Positions 41,141 to 53,940 of a stretch of DNA of 64,000 nt are shown here, one piece after another. Each line of letters opens with the position of its first letter. The stretch's first letter is position 1. The notes beneath the pieces are model-generated. The model was not told where the DNA came from, did no database searches, and saw nothing but the letters and a program-made list of their open reading frames with translations. Source of the stretch: Octopus sinensis (lineage: Eukaryota). The position numbers and the translations under genes are program-made. The stretch lies in contig NC_042998.1 of assembly GCF_006345805.1 (NCBI RefSeq), positions 114,762,001 through 114,826,000 on the forward strand, given 5' to 3'.

Positions 41141-42290
41141 CATTAGATGAGAGCAGCTAGTTTTGAAATTTTGTTTTTGCTTCATTCCTATTCACTTCAT
41201 ATCATAGTTTTTTCTTTTGTTTCTTTTTTGTTATTTTTTTTTGTTTTTTTTGTGTCTTCTACATATTTCTTTCATTTCTTTATATATTGCCCTTCGTTTT
41301 CGTTTCTTCTTTTCTTTTCTACATTTTTCTACTTTTTTTCTTCCTTCTGCCTTTCGTTCCAACAATTAGAAGCCAGTTTCGATGTTCAAAAACTATTTAT
41401 CAAATATTAAAAACATCATAGTTTATAAACAGCATTTCATGTGGACAATACGTAAATAATTTGACAACCAACACTGAGAAAGGGGTGGTGTACGTGTGTG
41501 TCTATACGTACCTGTGTGTGTGTTTGTGTGTGCGTGATACAATAACAACAACAATAACAACAGCAGCAACACCAACAATACCAGCAAAAACAACGTCAAC
41601 AATGAAAAAAAAACAGCAATCGTTACAACAATATGAAGGACAATAACATCATCGATAATGATGATACCAAAAGCAACAATAAAACGGAACTAAGAGCATC
41701 TACACCAGCATACCATAATAACAACGAAAACATCACCAGGAAAAGCAAATTCAACAAAAACATGAACAAGCAGAGCTATAACTACGTAAAAAAAAAAACC
41801 AAAACAAAAGTAAATTAAGATACTAAAATATACAATGGTAACATGATGGGGAAGAAAAGACAAATAGGAATAAGAAAGACTATAACAATAGGTAGATTGA
41901 GGTGGGGGGAGAAAGGGGGATATGATTGAAGGAGAGACTACAAGGGAGAGAAAGTGAGAGAGAGAGGGGGTAGAGAGTGAGGGGAGGGGGGAATTGGAGT
42001 GTATTAAGTAATTGCTGAAAGTGGGTGGAGGGTAGAAATGGAGTGGAAGCGGTTAAACTAAGGAGAGAAAAAAAAGAGCTGAAACTAAAAGAGGTAGAAT
42101 ATGTAATGCGAGAGAAAGAGAGTGAGATAGAGAGAAAGAGAAAGGTAGAGGAAGAGAAAGAGAGAGAAAGGAAGTATGTAAGAGCGTGAACAACATGCTC
42201 ACATTCTCAAACGTACGCACATATCCACTGAATGGCACACACCCGCGCGTACACGCCCACCATTTAATGCACATTTCGATAGATAGATCA

Positions 42291-42404
<114 letters not shown>

Positions 42405-42533
42405 GAGATTGATGAAAAGAGATACAGAGACAAAACAGAAGGTGAGAAAAGGAGTTCGTAGAATTATGCTGTTATGTTTGCGAATAAGAGATGGTGATGG
42501 TCAACGAGAATAATGGACTTATCTATCTACCTA

Positions 42534-42595
<62 letters not shown>

Positions 42596-42652
42596 GTCTA
42601 TATATCTATTTTTCTATTTATATATATATATCTCTCTATCTATCTATATATC

Positions 42653-42710
<58 letters not shown>

Positions 42711-43467
42711 CTATCTGAACGTATATATGTATACACACACACACACACACACACATATACATTCATATATGTATGCATATATGTGAGTCTGTATGTCAGT
42801 GTATACGTATGTATATATATATATATATGAACGTATATATATGTGCTTATATATGAATGTATGTATATATATATATATGTTGTGTGTATGTGTATACGCA
42901 AGCACTCACATAGACACCCCTCCCACACATACGCATATGCAGAAAGCAGAAAGAGTGAAGTGACACATAGAGAGAAGGAGGTAAAGGGAAAGTGAGAAAC
43001 ATAGAGGGTGCCATTGTAAGGAATGATGCGTTGAAAAAAAAAATGCAAATATCTTTTTTTTTAAATAATCCACATCATGATTATATAGCCGTTCAATTTT
43101 TAGGAAAGAATATTCAAGAAAATTTCTTAAATACAAAATATGTACCAAAATATAAATCAATTTTTTTTTCATATATTTGTTCGATGTTCCCAACAAGCGT
43201 TGTGATTCGATTGGAAAAGAAATTGAATACATATTTACACGCATGCACACATACGCATATGCAAGTATGCATGCATGTATGTATATGTATATAAGAGTAA
43301 AAGCACACACACACACACTATATATATACACTCACGCATATTCTTAAATATATCTATATATATATTATATATATATGTAATATATATATATATATACACA
43401 TACATACATACATATACATACATACACACACACATATATACATACATATACATACATATATGCATAC

Positions 43468-43530
<63 letters not shown>

Positions 43531-44423
43531 ATATATAGGTATATATATATATATGTGTGTGTGTGTATGTGTGTATATATATATACATATATATATATAT
43601 GCGGTGTGTGTGTGAGAGGTGGTGGTGTATGTTTCTGTTTGTGTGTGCGCATGTGTTTATTTGCGTACATGTTACTGCTTGATGGAGATACAACAATATA
43701 TGTGATTTTTTTTCTTAAACTCTGTTTCCGAATTTTTCCATCGTTATTTTCTAACGTTTAAATATTAGAGTTTTTGTTAGAGAATATCTTGCAATGTGTG
43801 GAACCTGTTTATTTTGGTACTATACTCTATATCATGTTTTTGAATAGATTTTGTTTTATATGTTCCATAATTATTTATTTTATATAATCGAACGTTATTG
43901 ATTTTAGTGTTGCCAATTATTTTATTTATCACGTTTGCTTATTTGATTACTTAATATTTGATTGTTTTTATGGGCGGGGTAGGGATGGTTTAAAAATATA
44001 AAAAATAAACTATAAAAGAATATATATATATATATATATTTGCTCGATATTGAATATTGAAGTTTGTAGGTTATAAATCTTAATAAACGTAGCACATAGA
44101 TAGTTACAGATGGAGCATGAATCTCTCCCCCATTCTTTCTCGCTCTCTCTCTCTCTCTCCGTCTCTCAATATATATATATATATATATATACATCTATCT
44201 ATCTACCTATCTATTTAGCTAGCTGTCTGTATCTCTGTCTATCTGTTTGTCTATGTGTCTGTCTGACCGTCTCTCTGTCTCAGTCTGTCTATATACTTAT
44301 ATATCTATACATGTGTATATATGTATGTATACTGATGTGTGTACATATACGTACATACAATTATATATAAACATATACGCATATATATGTATAAATGCAT
44401 CTCTATATATATATATGTGTGTG

Positions 44424-44454
<31 letters not shown>

Positions 44455-44975
44455 ATGTGTATGTATATATATATAGATAGATAGATAGGCAGATAGATAG
44501 ATAGATAGAGAGAGAGAGAGTGATATAGATTGATAAAGAGATGGATCGATATACATATGGGTATACAAACACATACAGACTATTGACACATAGTCTTCAT
44601 ACACAAACACACACACTAATATGGGTATGTACGCTCGTCTGTATATATATGTTTATGAATGTTTATTCACGAAGCAAAATTTGTTCAAAAATAAATGCTT
44701 CCTGCTGGATCAATATCTTCAAAAAGTGGCCTCCTTGCTCATATAGTATGACATGTATCGCAGTGTACGGCATTAGTGTGCAATAATAATTTTTATTTTT
44801 CTTATTCGAGAAGAGTTCACTAAGAATTATGTTCGTTTCACCGAGATAATGAATGCGTTTAAATGTCCTCCACCGACACCCTATACATATAATCAATTCC
44901 ACGCTTCCCCGCTTCCGTAAATGCAAATATTGACGGCTAGGGGAAGTTTAACATGGCTTGCGTTTGTTCATATAT

Positions 44976-45019
<44 letters not shown>

Positions 45020-45052
45020 CATGCATCCATATATACGTGCGCGCGTGTTTCC

Positions 45053-45106
<54 letters not shown>

Positions 45107-45479
45107 ATATATATATATGTATGTATGCGAGTTTATGAATGCGTGGTTCCGTATATAAATAATATATAGTAATAAAATAAGTTTCCGTCTGTTTCGGTCA
45201 TGACAATTTTGTTCCGTCAAAGAACTACCAGCTCATTGAATGATGCACAATTAGGTCAATATTCTATATAAACGTGTATATTGATCAGTATTTATGTATA
45301 TCGAATCTAATTGATATCTATGTCTATTTGTACGCATGCATACGCACACGAACGCATACATACTTATATGGATAGGTGTGTTTATTAGCATATGCATATA
45401 TATAGTACCCGGTGAGCGCCATTATGCCAATGATAAAAGTGTGCACTGCTATATAACTTCATTTATTATTAATACGCAA

Positions 45480-45720
45480 TTGAAGATCCGAGCTGACGTA
45501 ATCTTTAGCACACCAGACAAGATACTTAGCGGGATTTCGTCTGGTTTTTGCGCTCTGAATAGTTCAAATTCCGCTGCATTCTATTTCGCTTTTCATCGTT
45601 TCGGGGTTGATGAAATAAGTAGCAATTGTGGAGTGGGTTCAACGCAATCAACTAGCCCCACCCAAACGCCCAAAATTCCAGGCATTTTGCCTATAATAAT
45701 AAGGATAGTTTATAGTCTAT
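45480..45720 (+). mobile_element. Degenerate family A SINE
   Basis: GAGCTGACGTAA head, AGTTCAAATTCCGC B-box, TTTCGCTTTTCATCGTTTCGGGGTTGATGAAATAAGTAGC central domain. Confidence 0.7.
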
Positions 45721-45835
45721 CAGTTAATATTTAGCTATGATTTGACCCATCGTTTTGGTTGATCAATCGACTAGTTCTTACCCACAACTACCGCTATACA
45801 TGCATATATACATAATACATACATACATACATACA

Positions 45836-45869
<34 letters not shown>

Positions 45870-45922
45870 CATACATACAGACATTCAAATATATATGAAT
45901 ATATATGTATATATGTATTATA

Positions 45923-45972
<50 letters not shown>

Positions 45973-45974
45973 CG

Positions 45975-46140
45975 CCATGATAGATCGTTAGCCACTACAT
46001 ACTTTTTTTCTCTCCTTGTTTCTCTCCTTGTTTTCTGTGTTCCTTCCTGTAGAAGAGCGTAGGCTTGAAACGTAAAATACTTTTTTCTATTCCTGAGCGT
46101 TATACTAATACATCTGTTTGTTTTTTTTCGTAAACTCTCC
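45975..46140 (+). mobile_element. Penelope pseudo-LTR relic with degenerate minimal hammerhead (46046-46075)
   Basis: CTGTAGA-A-GAGC-GTAG-GCTT-GAAACGT followed by TTCCTGAGCGTTATACTAATAC; flanked by (TA)n. Confidence 0.55.
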
Positions 46141-47950
46141 CTATATATATATATATACCACCATTTTTGTGTTCTTTTTGTCAATCTCTTAATATATTTG
46201 TCTCCATGTGTATGAATTGTACGTATATCTCCACATTTGCATAAAATGGCGCACACAGTCACATACAAACACTTATCTTTATAAACATGCATAAATTCAT
46301 GAATTCTATAGGAAATGAGATATACAAATCACTATATGATTATTTATTTTGACCTTGTGTAAACATAACAAAAAAACATATTTCAGTTAATTCTCAACGG
46401 CCAGTATATAGTAGTGATTTATAATATAGATACGGTAAAGAGATTTGAAGGGTTGGTGTATGTTTTAAATATACTGACACATAAGTACAACTGGTATTTA
46501 ATCCATGACTTCTGGCATCGTAGAGATTACATCCGACTTGGTGCTTTTCAACTAAAACAAAGTAAATATTTAGTGGAGCGCCTTTGTTTGGGCCTCATTC
46601 CGGCGATTCTATCAGAATTATAGAGAAACCTAACGATAAATTTTAGTTCATCGATGTTAATTCCAACCATCTCTCATTAATCTTATATAGCTCAGTAACA
46701 TCAGTAGGCGCGTATTTGGTGTTTCTTTGGGAAAGAGATGTTATATTAGTGCGAACTACCATTGTAAAAATTTCGAATAGAACGGATTTCTATCTGGATC
46801 CGTGTCTAAAATAAATAATCTCTTCGCATTCCTGTATTATTAATTATATAAATAATTCTACTCTTCCCCGTCTTGGTTGTCGTGTATTTCAGTTCACGCA
46901 TTCAATGCATTTCGTATTTGTGAACTTGTTCTAGTGTGTATGAGCAAGTGTATTTGCAAAGGTGTGCACCATGTATACAGCAGATGTTTGGTGCATATGC
47001 GAATCACTGTACAAACAAAAGTAAATATCACTAATTGCATTCCTTGACTCGTGTGATCATGATAAATATTTACCACTCGACATATTTCGCTCCACATCAA
47101 CAGAAACTTAATGATGATGCATTCATCCTCTCTCTCTGTATCTCTCTCTCTCCCTCTTTCCCACACATATAAATGCGCGCACACCCCCTACACACAGAGT
47201 CTTACATGTGTCGATGAATGTGTACGTCCATATGCACGAGTGTGTGTATGTGGGCGTATATTTGTATGTGTGTGTGTCAGAATATACCTAATTTCTTGTT
47301 GCTTTTTTTCTCCTTCCTCATTACGTATTGTTTCGTCGTTCCGGCAGGGTTGTTTTCGTTGATGTTTCTATTGACAATTTTAACAAACAAGATTTTTTCC
47401 TCTTCTCTCTCTCGTTATTATTTCTTAAATATACGTATGTATATCATGTTCATTCTGCCTTTGAACTCCACCCCTTTTCAAACAAATACTAACTAAATGT
47501 GTCTTGTTATAAACTAAAACATAAAGAAATGAAAATGTCCGCCATTTTTTTTTATTTCTTATTTATTTTCTCCTTTACATTCTACAACTGTTATGATTAC
47601 TGTAATTTCGACAATTTGTAATGACTGTAACTAAACAAATCAGGTTCATACCCAGGGCGTATTTCCACCTTGTTCTTTCTTTTCATACATACATACATAC
47701 ATACATACATACATACATACATACATACATACAAACGTACATATTATTGTACGAATGTATGTATTTATTGGTTCATCATGACATCTGTTTCTTTCTTTTA
47801 TTCACTTTGCTTATTGCTTTGCTGGAAATAATGATGCTTTGTTATTCGAAAAATGTCCTCCTCTACCACTTTCTCCTCATCTTCCTCATAACACAGGAAT
47901 AAAAGCAATAACAATTAATACCACTACAACTACTACTGCTGCTGCTGCTG

Positions 47951-47987
<37 letters not shown>

Positions 47988-48030
47988 CGCTGCTGCTGCT
48001 GCTACCTTAATAATAATAATGATAATAATA

Positions 48031-48411
48031 GTAAAGCAATTTGACAATTAAGTAAATATAAGGACCTGGAAATTGAAATACCAAAGATATGCTATCTTAA
48101 AACAAGAACTGTTCTTCTTATTGTATGTGCCATAAGTATGATAAAAAAGGGATATCAGAAACATTTAGATAATATCCCAGGAGATCCATGTCTCAGAGAA
48201 ATCAAAAAAAATTGTGCCCACATGTACTGCCCACATCCTTAGAAAAACTCAATGAATTTAATTGTCTGTGTTGCATATGAAGGTATTTCGCTACTGCTCC
48301 TGCTACACTCCCTCCTCGATCCTTCAGTCATACTGTAACATCACTTAAGCACCACTCGCCCAAGGACGCTTGGTGTGTCTCTGTGATTGCAACAAACGTG
48401 TAGATTACAAG
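48031..48411 (+). mobile_element. R4/Dong 3'-terminal fragment A (endonuclease C-terminus + 3' UTR)
   Basis: Translates to SKYKDLEIEIPKICYLKTRTVLLIVCAISMIKKG..CTAHILRK; (TAA)n on both sides. Confidence 0.85.
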
Positions 48412-48576
48412 TAATTATTATTAATAATAATGATAATAATAATAACAACAACAATAATAATGATTATGATGATGATGATATTGATGATGATGGTGATGAT
48501 GATGATGATGATAATAATAATATAATAATAATAATAATAATAATAATCATAATAATAATAATAATAATAATAATAA

Positions 48577-49047
48577 ATGCCCTGATGCAGCACCAGACAG
48601 TGGCTCTCATAGCTCCTGATCTTAACTGATTGGAAGTGTTATCATGTACATTGTTTTGTCTTGGTATAAAAGATGGGCTACTGCCAATATTCTGCTCATT
48701 ACCAGGTTTGCTTGTCAGTTGTTTGACCATAACAAGTTGAGCATGTCCCTTAGTGGCTGACGATATGTGCATCTCTGATCACGAGCAGAAGTAATGGAGG
48801 AGCATCATAGCCGTGTGCTGAAAGGAATTGTTAGAAGTTTGGACAATTCACCATTGGAAACATGTGTGGTTCCTTCAACATCCTTAAACAATCCTTATTC
48901 AGGGACGTTTTGATGGGCTACTCGATCAGAAGATAATTCTAAATGGGCCCCACCTGCAATGTCATGCACTGTTTATCTTGATATGAGATAACCATGTCGC
49001 GCACATATGGTTGTGATGCATGTGCCTGGTGTACCCTAATCGGACGG
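48577..49047. mobile_element. Non-coding ~470-bp element flanked by (TAA)n, probable non-autonomous retroposon
   Basis: Complex sequence between two (TAA)n tracts inside the Dong chain; no recognisable ORF; structured 3' part. Confidence 0.5.
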
Positions 49048-49080
<33 letters not shown>

Positions 49081-49120
49081 TAATAATAATAATAATAATA
49101 TAATAATAATAATAATAATG

Positions 49121-49170
<50 letters not shown>

Positions 49171-49174
<4 letters not shown>

Positions 49175-51830
49175 CCAAAAAATTCTACAGAGAAATAGGG
49201 AAGGAGAAAGTAACCGTTAAAGACCCCCCTCCCATGGAAGAAGTTCAAAACTTTTGGAAAAGATTTGGAGTGACAAGGAGACGTACAACATAAATGCAGA
49301 CTGGATTATACAAACTGAAGGATCCTACCAAAATTTACAACAACAAGCATGGGAAGACATCACAATAGCAGACCTAAGAAAGGCACTCACGAAGGCCCAT
49401 AATTGGAAATCCCCCGGTAAAGATAGGGTGCCGAATTTCTGGCTCGCATCGCTCCCATGCGCACACGGTAAGCTAGTTTAGCTGCTCAATGGAATTATGA
49501 GAGACCCAAAGAAAACACCTGAATGGTTAGCAAGTGGCATTACTTACCTACTCCCAAAGAATAACGAAACCAACCTTCCAAAAAACTATCGGCCTATAAC
49601 CTGTCTATCCACCAAGTATAAAATCCTAACATCTATCCTGGCGGAGAAAATATATGCATTCATGGAGAAGAACGATATTTTCCCCATTGAACAAAAAGGG
49701 TGCCGCCGAGGCTCTTACGGATGCAAAGATCAACTGCTAATCAACCGTATGATCCTTGAGAACTGTCACAACAAGCGCAGAAATCTCAGCACCGCATGGA
49801 TTGACTATAAAAAGGCCTTCGACAGTATACCGCATCCATGGATCCTGAGATCGCTGGACATCTTCAAAATTTCCCCTGTGATTTCAAACTTCCTGAAGCA
49901 CAATATGTCGTTGTGGAATACGAATCTCCAATTATACCACTCTAATGGAGTACTTGTCTCAGAAAATATAAACATCAACTGTGGAATTTTTCAAGGTGAC
50001 TCACTTTCACCTTTAATATTCTGCATAGCCCTAATACCCCTTACAAGTGAATTAAACAGAACAGGGTATGGGTATAAAATTGCCAATAAAAAAATAAGCC
50101 ATCTATTTTATATGGATGACTTAAAACTTTATGGTAAAGACAATAATGAACTTGAAGGCCTATTGCGCACCGTGAAAGCATTCAGCGATGACATCAGGAT
50201 GGAGTTTGGACTTGAGAAGTGTGCCAAGGCCACTTTCCAGAAAGGGAAAGTGAAGACCACAAATTCAGTCGTGTTAGATGTTGACACAGTCATAAGAGAG
50301 CTTGAGCAAGAACAAACATACAAATATTTAGGGATAAATGAAGGCTCTGGTATTCAGCATGCAAGCATGAAAAAGAAAATCAGGAAGGAATGTTATAGGA
50401 GAGTTCGTGCAGTCCTGAAATCCGAACTAAATGCACGTAACAAGGTGTTAGCTATAAATTCCTTAGCAGTTCCAGTTGTTACTTATAGCTACAATGTGTT
50501 GAACTGGAATATGAGTGAAGTAAAGAATATAGATAGGAAAATACGCAAGCTGCTGAGTTGTAATAGGATGCACCACCCAAAGGCAGACGTAGATCGTCTT
50601 TACCTTCCCAGAGCCCAAGGAGGTCGAGGCCTGATCCAATTTGAACTAGCTTACAAAACAACCACAATTGGACTGGCCAAATATCTCGAAATATCGAATG
50701 ACTGGATGCTAAAGCTCGTGGAAAATCACGAGAGACGAAAGAAGCTTCATTCTATCATAAAGGAAAGCAAAAAATTTGCTATTGATCTCGTGCAGGATAC
50801 CCAAACTGAACAACCCGAGGGAAGTACGGCAACTATTGTTGCAAAGAAGGTGAAAATGATGGCAATGAAAAAAGCGCACGAGCAATTGGCTGATAGGTGG
50901 GAGGAGAAACCTCTGCACGGCAAATATGTGACCCGCAGCAAACAAGCTGATGTTGACCAGAAGCAAACCCATCAGTGGCTACGGAGCTCAGGGCTAAAAG
51001 CAGAGAGCGAAGGTTTCATCCTGGCTGCTCAAGATCAAAGCCTATTAACCCGGAACTACCGGGCCAATGTGATGAAAAATGGAACAGACCCAAAATGCCG
51101 ATTCTGCAACGACATGATTGAAACAGTGGACCACCTAATCTCTGGATGTAAAGTCTTAGCACCAGTGGAGTATAAATTAAGACATGACAGAGTTGGCCAA
51201 TATCTCCACTGGCTAATAAGTCGGCATTACAATATCAAAACTGCCGACAAGTGGTATAATCACCACCCTGAAGCTGTAACTGAAGGAGAAAATGTAACCA
51301 TTCTGTGGGACTTTCCAGTACATACAGACCGAACCATCAAGGCCAATAAACCAGATATTGTTGTGAAAGACCAAAACAATAAAGTTTGCTTATTGATCGA
51401 CATGAGCATCCCCTGTGATCATAATATCTCAGCGAAAGAGTTTGACAAGCTCAGAAAATATAAAGAGCTACTCATTGAAATTGAGAAAATGTGGCATCTC
51501 AAGGCGGTTACAATACCAGTGATCGTAGGAGCACTAGGAATGATCAAGAAGGGAACCGAAAATTATATGAGAATGATCCCCGGCTTACTATCCCTGCAAG
51601 AAGTGCAAAAGATTATCTTAACTGGTACATCACACGTATTGAGAAGAGCATTGTCGATGTGAGAACTGTTGCTGCTCATGTATTTTAATTTAACTTAAAA
51701 AAAAAAAAAAATGAACGAACTACTGAGTTTGGTTTAATGGCCTACCAATGTATACTATGAGTTTCTTTGCCCTAGGAGTCGGGAAGACACTCGGCAAGAA
51801 ATGGAAGCAAATTTGAAAGAAGAAAAAAAA

Positions 51831-51831
<1 letters not shown>
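49171..51831 (+). mobile_element. Young 5'-truncated R4/Dong-clade non-LTR retrotransposon inserted in (TAA)n
   Basis: (TAA)n at 49048-49173 and 51832-51865. Coding starts mid-protein at NAKKFYRE. One frameshift near 49255 and one in-frame TAG at 49479-49481. 3' UTR of ~170 bp. Confidence 0.96.
49497..51662 (+). CDS. R4/Dong-type reverse transcriptase + CCHC zinc knuckle + restriction-like endonuclease (721 aa, N-truncated)
   Basis: NYRPITCL, WIDYKKAFDS, GIFQGDSLSP, YMDDLKLY (50109-50120), CRFC-x8-H-x4-C, RHDRV, KPDIV..LIDMSIP..KLRKY catalytic motif. Confidence 0.93.
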   Translation: MRDPKKTPEWLASGITYLLPKNNETNLPKNYRPITCLSTKYKILTSILAEKIYAFMEKNDIFPIEQKGCRRGSYGCKDQLLINRMILENCHNKRRNLSTAWIDYKKAFDSIPHPWILRSLDIFKISPVISNFLKHNMSLWNTNLQLYHSNGVLVSENININCGIFQGDSLSPLIFCIALIPLTSELNRTGYGYKIANKKISHLFYMDDLKLYGKDNNELEGLLRTVKAFSDDIRMEFGLEKCAKATFQKGKVKTTNSVVLDVDTVIRELEQEQTYKYLGINEGSGIQHASMKKKIRKECYRRVRAVLKSELNARNKVLAINSLAVPVVTYSYNVLNWNMSEVKNIDRKIRKLLSCNRMHHPKADVDRLYLPRAQGGRGLIQFELAYKTTTIGLAKYLEISNDWMLKLVENHERRKKLHSIIKESKKFAIDLVQDTQTEQPEGSTATIVAKKVKMMAMKKAHEQLADRWEEKPLHGKYVTRSKQADVDQKQTHQWLRSSGLKAESEGFILAAQDQSLLTRNYRANVMKNGTDPKCRFCNDMIETVDHLISGCKVLAPVEYKLRHDRVGQYLHWLISRHYNIKTADKWYNHHPEAVTEGENVTILWDFPVHTDRTIKANKPDIVVKDQNNKVCLLIDMSIPCDHNISAKEFDKLRKYKELLIEIEKMWHLKAVTIPVIVGALGMIKKGTENYMRMIPGLLSLQEVQKIILTGTSHVLRRALSM

Positions 51832-51867
<36 letters not shown>

Positions 51868-51875
51868 TAGTAATT

Positions 51876-52417
51876 AACAATGTGGCAAGAATGATCCATT
51901 GGGAGGTCTGTGGGAATCACGGCCTACAAAGAGTGAAGATGTGGTATGAGAAAACCTCAGAAGGCGGCACTAAGAATGAGAATTATAAAATCCTGTGGGT
52001 TGCAATGATTCTGTACAGTCACCTGACCAGTTATAGGAATCCGGAAATTGGTTGGAGTGAATAAAAAAGAAAGAACATGCATGATAATCGACATAGTGCC
52101 AACAGGATCAAAGAGAAAGAAGATGAAAATAAACAACTATGACAATTTCAAGTGGGAAATACAAAGGCGGTGGTCAATGAGGAGTGTAGACGTGATACCA
52201 ATAGTAATTGGCTCACTTAGAAGTATCAGAACTCAACTACCAGCATAGCTGGAAAAGATTCGTACAAATGTAAAGGTAGAGCACCTGCAAAAATCAGCAT
52301 TGCTTGGAATGGCACAAGAATTCTTTGCAGTGTTCTTGAAGCATGACCAGTAAATAAGAGTCACTTTAGACTGCTGGCTTTGGACAGCTGTCTATTTCCA
52401 TCATACTCAGCAATCAT
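51876..52417 (+). mobile_element. R4/Dong 3' fragment B (different, older subfamily)
   Basis: NVARMIHWEVCGNHGL, WYE, YKILW, CMIIDI, WEIQRRWSMRSVDVIPIVIGSL, LQKSALLG; ends in (TAA)n. Confidence 0.85.
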
Positions 52418-52432
52418 CATAATAATAATAAT

Positions 52433-52645
52433 CCTATCTCGTAAAGGCACAGCGTCCGAAAATTTTGGAGAGGGGACTAGTCGATTACATCGACCTCAAT
52501 GTTTCAATGGTATTTGATATATCGATCCCGAAAGGATGAAAGGCAAAGTCGACCCCAGAGGAATTTGAACTCAGAACGTAGCGGCGGGCGATATAATGCT
52601 AAGTATTACGTCCAGAGTGCAAACGATTCTGCCAGCTCGCTGCCT
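52433..52645 (-). mobile_element. Family A SINE inserted at the trinucleotide tract after fragment B
   Basis: Reverse complement GGCAGCGAGCTGGCAGAATCG..GAGTTCAAATTCCTCTGGGGTCGACTTTGCCTTTCATCCTTTCGGGATCGAT. Confidence 0.85.
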
Positions 52646-52796
52646 TAGTAGTAGTAGTAGTAGTTGTAGTAGTAGTAGTAGTAGTAATAGCAGCAGCAGC
52701 AGCAGCAGCAGTAGCAGTAGTAGTAGTATCATCATCGTTATCAGCAGCAGCAGTAGCGGTAGTAGTAGTAGTAGTAATAGTTGTTGTAGTAGTAGC

Positions 52797-52878
52797 AAAA
52801 AATTGATACGACCACAAACCTGAAGGCATTGTTGAAAATAGAAATGCAAAGATCCTATGGGATTTTATGATTCAGTGC
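52797..52878 (+). pseudogene. Tiny R4/Dong fragment C
   Basis: Translates to KN*YDHKPEGIVENRNAKILWDFMIQ, homologous to WYNHHPEAVTEGENVTILWDF in the 721-aa ORF; preceded by a (TAG/CAG)n tract. Confidence 0.75.
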
Positions 52879-53645
52879 TGTTATCTCTCCCGTTGATTCT
52901 CATCATAGACAAGATTGACATGCGCAGCTGGGATGCTCAATTCGTCGGATCGTGGTGGGATCAGTAAAAAAGTTCCACGCTTCATTCCGCACTCTATAAC
53001 ACCACTAGATGAGCTCGTATGCGGATTCGTATATATTAATATAAATAGAAGCACACACTCAAGCAAATGCATACATACATACATACATATACATACATAC
53101 ATACATACATACATACATACTACATACATACATATATTATACACACATACATATTTGAAACAGGAATAGAATGACTTCACTGGTTATTGTAATTAATTTA
53201 ATTTTATAATATAATTTAACAGTTTGCTATGTAAGTTGTTTGTTAACTTCGTTTGGGAGAATTTAAAGACATTCCTTGTTAACTTTTTGAAGAACTTACT
53301 CGCGTTCGTCGGTGGCGATTGTCAAACTCAGCTCAGGTTGTGTTGTGCTGTGTGATTCTATATATAAGAGATTTGGGTGTGTCTGGGGTGGGGTTGAGGT
53401 TTGTGAATAAGTGTGGGAGTGAAGGGCTGTTGTGAAACAAGAGCCGAAAGAAAATAGTAAGTGATAAAATCAAGATGATTGAGAGTAGAGCTGAGAGGTA
53501 GTGGGTTGTATAAGGAGTGTTTTATGAAGGGCTTGTAAAAGTGCGCCCCTTTTACAATGGAGACAAGAAGTGGAACGAACCGACAAATCGAAACGAACCT
53601 GACGTATATGTTTGTATGTATGCATATATTTTTAATTACCACATT

Positions 53646-53688
<43 letters not shown>

Positions 53689-53729
53689 CATATATATATA
53701 TATGTACATACATACATATATATATGACC

Positions 53730-53940
53730 GATGGCGAGTTTCTTTGTCCGACTCCTCTTCCTTGGACCTTTCCTTTTTCTATGTTTCTGACAAAGAGCTC
53801 CGCTCAAAACGTTAATTCCTCCTTCTTTCTTTCCTTTCCTGAGCGTCCAATAACACTATACTTGTTCCACCTCCTCGCATTGTTGTGTTTTCTCTTTGTT
53901 CATGTTTGGATTAAATATATATTTACACCTGTACACACAT
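53730..53940 (+). mobile_element. Penelope pseudo-LTR relic with degenerate minimal hammerhead (53787-53813)
   Basis: CTGACAA-A-GAGC-TCC-GCTC-AAAACGTT followed by TTCCTGAGCGTCCAATAAC. Confidence 0.55.

Noticed and set aside
40358-41146. 262-aa Thr/His/Pro-rich ORF resembling a mucin or extensin
   Set aside because: It is a trinucleotide mosaic whose composition shifts between frames with nearby stops; no signal peptide, domain or clear splice context.
47990-52880. Repeat-spacer appearance suggesting a CRISPR-like array
   Set aside because: The repeats are variable-length (TAA)n microsatellites, the spacers are retroelement pieces, there are no cas genes and the context is eukaryotic.
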